DNA of 34,557 bases from Verrucomicrobiia bacterium (GTDB taxonomy: Bacteria; Verrucomicrobiota; Verrucomicrobiia; Limisphaerales; DTLC01): contig JANWZY010000001.1 of NCBI GenBank assembly GCA_025061935.1, positions 1 through 34,557 on the forward strand, written 5' to 3'. Below, in pieces: positions 27,621 to 34,557 of the stretch. The position numbers and the translations under genes were made by a program. The notes beneath the pieces were generated by a model. It searched no databases. It was not told the DNA's origin and was given only the letters and a program-made list of their open reading frames with translations. Position 1 is the stretch's first letter. Each line of letters starts with the position of its first letter.

Positions 27621-28652
27621 ATGGCGCCCGAGCGCGAAGATGCCCGCGTGCAGCTCGACGCGGAGGAAAACGGGGGCGGACCGGTCAAACCATTTCTTGA
27701 ACACCTTGAAGACCTGCGGTGGGTGCTTCTCAAGTGCCTCGCGGCTGTCGCCGTGGCATTTGTCGTCTGCCTCCTCGGCGGCAACTTCATAGTCCGGCTT
27801 CTGACGTATCCGTTAAAGACGGCGCCAGCGTTCTTCACTCGCGACACGCGCGCGGTCACGCTCATATTCGGTACGAACCGGCTCGGCACGTTCGAGCTTG
27901 CGCCCGAGGAGTATGCAAAGCTCGGGTTGGGCACCGGTCCCGTGGCCGTGCTGAAGCTCGAGCCGACTGTTATTGGAACGAATCAGGTGCTCGGCTGGCG
28001 CCTGTGTCCCGAGGCTAGTGCAGCCGCGCGCAGAGGGTTGCAGGTCGAGCTTGTTACACTAAGCCCGGTGGGTGCGTTCGTCGTCGCGCTGAAAGTCGCT
28101 GCCTATGCGGGGGTGGTTTTAGCTGCGCCGTTTGTGCTGTTTTTTGTCGGGCAGTTCGTTTTCCCAGCACTTACAAGGCGTGAACGTTACTACGCCTCGC
28201 GCGCGCTTGTGATTGGCGGCGGACTGTTCATTGTCGGGGTATTGTTCTGCTACTTTGTCCTAGTGCCGATCGCATTGACTGCGTCAGTTCAATACGCACA
28301 GTGGTTGGGGTTCGCCACACCGCAGTGGCGCGCGGAAGACTACGTGGCGTTTGTGTCGAAGTTCATGCTCGGAATGGGGCTGGGCTTCGAATTGCCCGTG
28401 GTGATCCTTGCGCTGGTCAAGATTGGCGTGCTCGATTACCGCACATTGGCGCGCGCGCGCAGATACGTCATTGTCATAAACCTCATCATTGGCGCGGTAC
28501 TCACGCCGCCGGACGTGTTCACGCAGGTCCTAATGGCTGTGCCGTTGCAATTGCTGTATGAATTGACGGTATGGATCGCGTGGTTTTGGACGCGTAAAGA
28601 ACGCAGAATGCGTGAACGCGCGGACACATTGGTGCATCCGCCTGCGGGTTGA
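27621..28652 (+). CDS. tatC: twin-arginine translocase subunit TatC (with enlarged first periplasmic loop)
   Basis: PFLEHLEDLRWVLLKCL start motif, SPVGAFVVALKVAAYAGVVLAAPFVLFFVGQFVFPALTRRER, LTPPDVFTQVLMAVPLQLLYE. At 343 aa it is longer than the usual roughly 250. Confidence 0.87.
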   Translation: MAPEREDARVQLDAEENGGGPVKPFLEHLEDLRWVLLKCLAAVAVAFVVCLLGGNFIVRLLTYPLKTAPAFFTRDTRAVTLIFGTNRLGTFELAPEEYAKLGLGTGPVAVLKLEPTVIGTNQVLGWRLCPEASAAARRGLQVELVTLSPVGAFVVALKVAAYAGVVLAAPFVLFFVGQFVFPALTRRERYYASRALVIGGGLFIVGVLFCYFVLVPIALTASVQYAQWLGFATPQWRAEDYVAFVSKFMLGMGLGFELPVVILALVKIGVLDYRTLARARRYVIVINLIIGAVLTPPDVFTQVLMAVPLQLLYELTVWIAWFWTRKERRMRERADTLVHPPAG

Positions 28653-28696
28653 CTCGGGCGGCGGCGAGCGCCATGCGTTTCCGGATTTATTGGAGC

Positions 28697-30688
28697 TTAC
28701 CGCGGGTTGCGCCAATCTTTAGCTGGGACCTGGCGCGCGCGGTAAAGCGCAAGCTCGGATTCGAGCTGTTCTGCCAGGCGCGTCAGTCCGTTTTCTCGCG
28801 CTTTGGCCAGTGCCAACTCGGCAGTCGCAGCCGCGTTCGAGAAGTCGCCCGACGCCGCGTGCGCGAACGCTAGCGTGGCGATGTAATCCGGCACTTGCGC
28901 GCCGGTAAGCCGCACAGCGCGCTCGGCCAGCTTGATCGCCGCCCCGCGGGTCTGGCTCGGTTCGTCCGGGCACGCCGCCAGGAGAAACGCCAGTTTATCG
29001 AGCGCCTCCGGCCAGTCGGGATCGAGCTCGAGCGCCTTAACATAGTTTGTTATGGCCTGCGGTGCTTGGCCGAGTTTTTGGAGCGCAAACCCGTAGTTGA
29101 GGTATGGCTTCGGGTATCGCGGATTTAACCGGATGGCCGTCTTGAAGTGCTCGATTGCCTGATCAAGTTTGCCTTGTTGCGCCAGTAACACGCCAAAGTT
29201 GTTATGTGCCAACGCGCTTTTCGGGTTTAACTCGAGCGCTTTGCTGTAATGGGCCGCAGCTTCTTCGTGCCTGCCCAGTGCAGTTAGCGCTACCCCGAGG
29301 TTATTGTGCGCGAGGAAATCGTTTGGTCTGAACTCGATGGCCGCACGGTACTGTTCAACAGCCGCCTCCATTTTCCCAAGGTTGGCAAAGGCCACACCCA
29401 GGTTGAGATGCGCAAACGCGTTACGTTTTGTCACCCTGACTGCGCGCGACATGAGCGTGACGCTGTCGCGCCAATAGCCGAGCTGCACGCGCGTAAGCAC
29501 AATGCAACAGACTAAAATTGCTCCGGCGATACCCGCACCGATTCTGAGCCCTGAGCGGTAACGGCCGAGCCAGTTCGCCGCGCACCATACCAAGGCTGTG
29601 AGCAGGCCAATTGACGGAATATACGTGTACCGGTCAGCCATGGCTTGATTGCCCACTTGCACAAGCCCGATGACGGGCACAAGCGCAATGACGAACCAGA
29701 GCCAGCCGACAAAAAACCACGGGCAACGCGCCCTCAACCGGAGAGCAGCATAAGTAACCCCGCTGACTGCTAATGCCCCGAGCAGGCCTGAGCCAATTGG
29801 GGGTGCCTGCGGCAATGGGTAGTACACGCAAAGATCGCTAGGCCAAAGTGTTTTGCTAATGTACCCCAGATATGCAGCCAGCGAGTTGAACAGCCGCAAC
29901 GACAGCGGTACTTCTTCCAGCGGCTTAACGGCACCCCCTGCGCGTTGCGCAACAAGCGTCAGTATGCACGAAATAGCGGTCAGACCGAAAAACGGCACCT
30001 TTTCAGCCAGAATCCGGATGCCCAGTTTCTGCGGTTCTGATCCCGTGGGATTTGTGGTGCCGAGATGCAGTCGCGCAAATGGCCAGTAGTCCAGCAGCAA
30101 CAGCAGCAGCGGTAGCGTGACGAGCATAGGCTTGGACATAAGTCCGAGTGCGAACAGGCCTAGCGCTAGAGCGTATCTGGTTGCTGTGCGCCGTTGCGCA
30201 TATCCGGTGTAGGCTAACAGGGCGAGCAGCATGAACCACGTGCTCAGCACGTCCTTGCGCTCGGCGACCCATGCAACCGACTCGACGCGGAGCGGGTGCC
30301 AGCCGAATAATGCTGCCACAAGTGCACTGCGCCATATTGAACCGGTCCAGCGCCGCAGCAACAAAAATAGCAGCAGAGTGTTGAGCGCATGCAAAATAAT
30401 GTTGGTCAGGTGGTGCCCGCCGGCGAAAAGTCCGTGAATTTCATAGTCCAGCATGTGTGAGAGCCACGTGACCGGGTGCCAGTTCGCCGCGTGCATGGCT
30501 GTGAGCGCCCACTTCAGGCCGGGCAGGCTAAGCCCCCGCGTTACCCACGGGTTTTCCGTCACGTACTCATTGTCATCAATTACAAGAAAGCCGTGCTTAG
30601 TCGCGGGCCAATACAGCACCAAGGTAACCGTGACCAGGACGAATCCCGTCCATAACACGGTACGCCTGTTGTCGAATCCGTTTTGCAT
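28697..30688 (-). CDS. membrane GT-C (PMT/TMTC-like) plus TPR protein, paralogue 4
   Basis: 663-aa ORF with ATG start. VIDDNEYV, NWHPVTWLS, LFGWHPLRVESVAWVAERKDVLS, ADRYTYIPS, TPR array. Confidence 0.87.
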   Translation of the reverse strand: MQNGFDNRRTVLWTGFVLVTVTLVLYWPATKHGFLVIDDNEYVTENPWVTRGLSLPGLKWALTAMHAANWHPVTWLSHMLDYEIHGLFAGGHHLTNIILHALNTLLLFLLLRRWTGSIWRSALVAALFGWHPLRVESVAWVAERKDVLSTWFMLLALLAYTGYAQRRTATRYALALGLFALGLMSKPMLVTLPLLLLLLDYWPFARLHLGTTNPTGSEPQKLGIRILAEKVPFFGLTAISCILTLVAQRAGGAVKPLEEVPLSLRLFNSLAAYLGYISKTLWPSDLCVYYPLPQAPPIGSGLLGALAVSGVTYAALRLRARCPWFFVGWLWFVIALVPVIGLVQVGNQAMADRYTYIPSIGLLTALVWCAANWLGRYRSGLRIGAGIAGAILVCCIVLTRVQLGYWRDSVTLMSRAVRVTKRNAFAHLNLGVAFANLGKMEAAVEQYRAAIEFRPNDFLAHNNLGVALTALGRHEEAAAHYSKALELNPKSALAHNNFGVLLAQQGKLDQAIEHFKTAIRLNPRYPKPYLNYGFALQKLGQAPQAITNYVKALELDPDWPEALDKLAFLLAACPDEPSQTRGAAIKLAERAVRLTGAQVPDYIATLAFAHAASGDFSNAAATAELALAKARENGLTRLAEQLESELALYRARQVPAKDWRNPR

Positions 30689-31485
30689 CCTTCGGTCAGA
30701 GCGCGTCTGTTGCGCGACCGGTGCGTATGGGAGAGACTAAAAAAACACGGAACGGGGCGGAAGCGCGAATCTTCAGCGTTGGCCGGAGGCCAGACGCCGA
30801 TTGGAACTTGCAGGGGTTAACAGCGCCTTTTGTGAACGACTTTTGATTTACGCCAGGGTTCACCCCGGCGAATTGCTGGCACTGACCCACAAAACCGATT
30901 CAACGGTCTTCGCTTGGAAGCCAAGTCATTGGAACAACTTGCCTCTGGTTATGGATTTTACACCTTGCGCGAAGCCAGGTGCTAATACAGCGGCAAGACC
31001 GTTCCAGAGTTATGTAAGGCCCGACCGAAGCTATGTATCCGCGCTGAGGCCAAACAGGAAATTGCATATCAGATTTAACTCGGCTTCGGATTTATGATCT
31101 AGGCTTGGCCGAAAAACGTCTGGCCGTCGGAGAATCCTGCGACGCGGGCGGTTTCCTACCAAGTATGCTTTCGGCGCTATAGAGGGCACGACCGTGCGGC
31201 CTGATGGGACGGATTGGTTATCTGGCTTTGCGACGACTTCTTACGGTGACAACCTCTGATTGGAGCAAGGGCGTAATGCGCCAAGGGTCAGTATTACTCG
31301 AGGCGTCCGGCTAAACGAGTATTTTGACCCGCTTACAACCCTGCTCCTGTAACGATCTTTTTGGGCAATCGTAGGACCGAGATGTAGCTTGCGGTTCGGC
31401 CCGGATTCGTTATGTTTAGCAAGCGCACGGGCGCGGCACTCGCGCTTAGTCTTTTGCACAGCAAGAACTGGTTTGGCTTGGAACT

Positions 31486-32043
31486 ATGGCAGTAGCGAAT
31501 GATTTACGCCGCGGAATGGCGATCAACTATAACGGTGATGTGTGCGTGGTGCTCGATGTCGAGCACCGGACGCCGGGCAATTTACGGGCGTTTGTACAGG
31601 CTACGTTGCGGAACTTACGCACGGGCAAATCGTCCGAGGTGCGGTTCGGCTCCACCGAACGTATCGAGACGGTCACACTCGTGAGCAAAAAGATGGATTT
31701 CAGTTACAAGGACGGCGAGGATTACGTGTTCCTCGATCCGGAGACCTATGAGACAGTAACTGTCCCGGCCGAGATACTCGGTGACGCCAAGAACTACCTG
31801 ACCGAGAACACACAGGTCACGATAAAGTTCGCAGACGACAAAATCGTGTCCGTCGAGCTGCCGCCGTCGGTCGTGCTCAAGGTGGTAGAGGCGCCGGAAG
31901 GCGTCCGCGGCGATTCCGCCACGAACGTGCAGAAGCCGGTTAAGCTCGAGACGGGCATCACTATTCAGGCGCCACTGTTCATCAAGCCGGGCGAACTGGT
32001 CAAGATTGATACTCGCACTGGCGAATACATAGAACGGGCTTGA
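31486..32043 (+). CDS. efp: translation elongation factor P
   Basis: 185 aa. By eye it aligns without gaps to E. coli EF-P over the N-terminal domain (NDLRRGMAI..G.....L...H..PG...AF....LRNL.TG) and at the C-terminus (DTRTGEYIERA). Confidence 0.95.
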   Translation: MAVANDLRRGMAINYNGDVCVVLDVEHRTPGNLRAFVQATLRNLRTGKSSEVRFGSTERIETVTLVSKKMDFSYKDGEDYVFLDPETYETVTVPAEILGDAKNYLTENTQVTIKFADDKIVSVELPPSVVLKVVEAPEGVRGDSATNVQKPVKLETGITIQAPLFIKPGELVKIDTRTGEYIERA

Positions 32044-32838
32044 CCCAGCGGCGACGTTGCTGCGTGGGTTGGGAATCAGTCTTGCTGGAAAGACGCGGTT
32101 CGGAGGCTTGATCGAAACAGCATGACCTCCATGACGGAAGGCTGATTACGTTTGCATTTATTCAGCCTGCACAGATTCGCACCGCTTTTCGTACCGCCAC
32201 ATCAGCACCTGGCATCAACCGGGTATCAATTTGACCAGCAGCAGCCGCCTAGAAAGGGGCGCAGAACCGTTGAGACGGTTTTGCGCTTCGGTGCGGCGTC
32301 CATTTTTGGCTAAACCCCTCTGTAAATGAGCCAGGCACGCCAACCAGCCGTTGTAACAGTGGCTGTACCGCTGTTGCTTGCACCCAGGTTGTCGCCGCGA
32401 CTCCGTTAGCTCCGTAAGGCGCAGCAGGAGCGATAGACCACCACGTAAGTGGCGGTTGAAAGGGGGCATCGCCCGCATTCGAGTTGGAGATGGAACGGAA
32501 GGCATGGGTTTTCTGGTCGCAGACTGCCAGACCGTTCCCGAGCTGTTCGCACCAGGCCTTCGCAAAACCCTGGCCCGATCCCATTTGCAACAGGCGTGTT
32601 GAGGGCGCGGTGTCTCGAAAAGCGCGCACAGCTAACCTGGCTAAATTACGCGGTAAAAACATAAAACGGAAATTTCGCTTTTCCACCGGTCGGCGCGGCG
32701 GATCACTAGAAAGTGCATATGGCAATTGGTTTGAAGTTCAAAAAGGCAATTTCAGTGTCAGTGCCACGAGCGCACACCCAAACGCGCATAATCAAGCATG
32801 GTTGCTTGCGCACCGAGCGAGCGTTGGGAAGCTTGGGC

Positions 32839-33063
32839 TTAGCCCCCGACCGAGTTCGAGGGGCTTGCCGTGCCTGCCGAGCCAAAGTGATCGGCAGCCC
32901 TCTTCCGTGCTCGGCCAAGTTGAGCCGCAATTTCTGCCAGTTCCTCGATCAATTCGAGTTTTTTGGCAAACGGGAGCGCGTAAAAATCCTGGTGCTGCCG
33001 GCGCCGGCTGCCTTTCCAGGTTCCCAATTCCCAGTTCTGTTCCTGTTCAGGCAGTGCAGTCAT
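32839..33063 (-). CDS. small hypothetical protein, possible partner of the upstream nucleotidyltransferase
   Basis: 74-aa ORF with ATG start, overlapping the 3' end of the nucleotidyltransferase gene by 17 nt. Contains a predicted helical segment (LPFAKKLELIEELAEIAAQL). Support is positional only. Confidence 0.35.
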   Translation of the reverse strand: MTALPEQEQNWELGTWKGSRRRQHQDFYALPFAKKLELIEELAEIAAQLGRARKRAADHFGSAGTASPSNSVGG

Positions 33064-33568
33064 AACTCGATGGATTCCCGTGCCAGAGATTCAGCTCGTC
33101 AATATCTGCCAAGTCCTGGGGCCGCCCCGCGGCGCGTTTCATTTCCAACAGTGTCCCCAACGAAACGATCCGCACCGTTATGCCCGGTCCGGACTCACAC
33201 ACGTCTGCCTTTGCCATTTCACGCTCGAAATCGAAAGGCTCCGCTACGAACAAATCCAGCGGCGTTTCGGGATGTTGATCACTCCAAAACCGGAGCACTT
33301 GCATGTTTTTTTCTCGCTGCCATTTCTCTCGCAGCATCGGGTCGGCGAACTCAGTTGCTGTAACCGGCACAATTGGGCGATACCCGAGCGCCGCCAATGC
33401 CTGAAATGCGCGTTCTATGACACGTTTTTCCAGCCTGATCACAATGTCAACATCCTGAGTCAAGCGACCGTACCCATGATGAATTACGGCCACGCCACCC
33501 ACTATCAGGAACGGCACTTGCGCTTCGTTCAGTGCTCGCACGACAGCGTCGAAGCTTGCCTTCTTCAT
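33047..33568 (-). CDS. small stand-alone Pol-beta-superfamily nucleotidyltransferase
   Basis: FLIVGGVAVIHHGYGRLTQDVDIV is a GG-x(n)-D-x-D minimal nucleotidyltransferase motif. The C-terminal LLEMKRAAGRPQDLADIDEL motif recurs in small stand-alone NTases of this type. Confidence 0.7.
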   Translation of the reverse strand: MKKASFDAVVRALNEAQVPFLIVGGVAVIHHGYGRLTQDVDIVIRLEKRVIERAFQALAALGYRPIVPVTATEFADPMLREKWQREKNMQVLRFWSDQHPETPLDLFVAEPFDFEREMAKADVCESGPGITVRIVSLGTLLEMKRAAGRPQDLADIDELNLWHGNPSSYDCTA

Positions 33569-33569
33569 T

Positions 33570-33980
33570 TCAGGACCGATGGTAACGGCCCGGCCCCGTC
33601 GTCTTCAACCGCGTTTTGATCATGCCCGAATGATGCCAATCTCTAGAATGCGGTTTCACCAATTCTGCAGTTTTATAGTGACGCACTGTGAGCGTCGCTT
33701 GGGCCGTTTTGCGCCGTTTGTACATACCGCGCGGCGCGATCTCAAACTGGACTGGTATAAACCGTGAATCTTGCGGGAGTTGCGGGGCTGAGCCACACCG
33801 CAACCATTCGATCAGATGGGTTCTCTCGATCCAAATGCGCCGGATTGGGCCGCTCCATTTTGCCTGCCAGTTCCTTTGTCCGTTCGTGTCGCTCGGGCTT
33901 TCGGGTGATAAGGCAATGCGTTCTATGCGCGCAAAAGTCCCGGCAGCCCGCAATTGGAGTGCCCCACGGCGGACTGGCAC
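33570..33980 (-). CDS. very basic hypothetical protein, possibly AlpA/excisionase-like HTH
   Basis: It is the only minus-strand ORF filling the gap between the MBL gene and the NTase gene. Candidate GTG 33980 lies 5 nt after the MBL stop, and its TGA stop lies 1 nt before the NTase ATG. WSGPIRRIWIERTHLIEWL weakly resembles the FP.PI+IG.R...W...+++.WL end of AlpA/excisionase HTH domains. Confidence 0.35.
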   Translation of the reverse strand: MPVRRGALQLRAAGTFARIERIALSPESPSDTNGQRNWQAKWSGPIRRIWIERTHLIEWLRCGSAPQLPQDSRFIPVQFEIAPRGMYKRRKTAQATLTVRHYKTAELVKPHSRDWHHSGMIKTRLKTTGPGRYHRS

Positions 33981-33984
33981 GTCT

Positions 33985-34557
33985 TCAGTACCATTTCCGC
34001 AGTCGGACTTCGATGCCCAGGTCAGTCCCAAGCCATTGCTTGAACACTGCTGCATTCGTTGTGGCGCCACTCTGGTCGCGATAGTGATACGGATAAACCA
34101 CCTTGGGCCGGACCGCGCGTACAACGTTTGTAGCCTGGCTCAACGTCATTGTGTACGGCTGGTTCATGCACACGAATGCAACGTCAATGTTAGTTAATGC
34201 GCGGATTTCTGGTACGTCGCCCGTGTCGCCACTGATGTAAATGCGCCGGTCCGCAACGGTAAGCACGTACCCGTTGCCAGTACCATAAGTGTGATAGGAA
34301 TTATACGCCGGCACAGCCTGAACATTCAGGCCGAGCACATTCGTTGATTGGCCGTAACCGAGCACCACAGCCAATGGCTTCTGTGCCGCTGTGAGGCTGT
34401 TATAAACAGCCTGCGAAGCGATGATCACCGTGTTTGTGGTACGGACGTCCTCGATCGTGGCAGTGCTGAAATGGTCGGAGTGTGTATGGCTCAGCAAAAT
34501 TAAGTCCGCCTTGGGCAACCCGGTGTATGAAATGCCGCTGGCAGGATCATTGTAAAC
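33985..34557 (-). CDS. MBL-fold metallo-hydrolase (5' end outside window)
   Basis: The frame stays open to the window edge (VYNDPASGISYTGLPKADLILLSHTHSDHF). HxHxDH motif, later ISGDTG and a PYHY region, as in UlaG-like small MBL hydrolases. Confidence 0.75.
   Translation of the reverse strand, partial: VYNDPASGISYTGLPKADLILLSHTHSDHFSTATIEDVRTTNTVIIASQAVYNSLTAAQKPLAVVLGYGQSTNVLGLNVQAVPAYNSYHTYGTGNGYVLTVADRRIYISGDTGDVPEIRALTNIDVAFVCMNQPYTMTLSQATNVVRAVRPKVVYPYHYRDQSGATTNAAVFKQWLGTDLGIEVRLRKWY

Noticed and set aside
33688-34197. 169-aa plus-strand ORF (and 33764-34084) between the NTase and MBL genes
   Set aside because: It overlaps the 3' end of the MBL gene antisense and is Arg/Cys/Ser-rich. 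The minus-strand ORF fits the operon spacing far better.
1-34557. Search by eye for CRISPR repeats, IS inverted repeats or transposases, integrases, rRNA, tmRNA, RNase P RNA, and duplicated tRNA 3' ends (att sites)
   Set aside because: None was seen. The only TTCGATTCC-type T-arm is the tRNA-Glu itself, and no regularly spaced direct repeats were noticed. A computational repeat search would be needed to exclude short att duplicates.

Overview
GC-rich bacterial chromosomal segment with about 30 genes, mostly housekeeping. Confidently recognised: pyrF, hisD, an iron-type alcohol dehydrogenase, a three-gene NitT/TauT-type ABC importer, tRNA-Glu(CUC), miaB, a complete tolQ-tolR-tolA-tolB-pal cluster followed directly by tatA-tatC, and efp. 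Many gene junctions are 4-nt ATGA/GTGA overlaps and Shine-Dalgarno sequences are mostly weak. The protein repertoire suggests a PVC-group (Verrucomicrobiota-like) organism; this is inference only. Non-routine content: (1) four diverged paralogues of a 650-800 aa membrane GT-C (PMT/TMTC-like) plus TPR protein, three within 8 kb around an HNH endonuclease gene; (2) an orphan RelE/ParE-like toxin gene starting 10 nt after tRNA-Glu; (3) a 604-aa protein with a basic N-terminal tail, an acidic C-terminal tail and an unassignable core; (4) a tightly packed minus-strand cassette at the right edge (MBL hydrolase, very basic ORF, small Pol-beta nucleotidyltransferase, small helical ORF); (5) an EF-P with Asn where the modified Lys/Arg normally sits; (6) a TatC with a roughly 60-aa insertion in its first periplasmic loop; (7) a frameshifted glycoside-hydrolase remnant; (8) two stretches of about 0.8 kb flanking efp with no assignable gene. 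I saw no CRISPR array, IS element, integrase or rRNA. I cannot demonstrate a bounded novel system from sequence alone. The best candidates are the TMTC-like array and the right-edge nucleotidyltransferase cassette.
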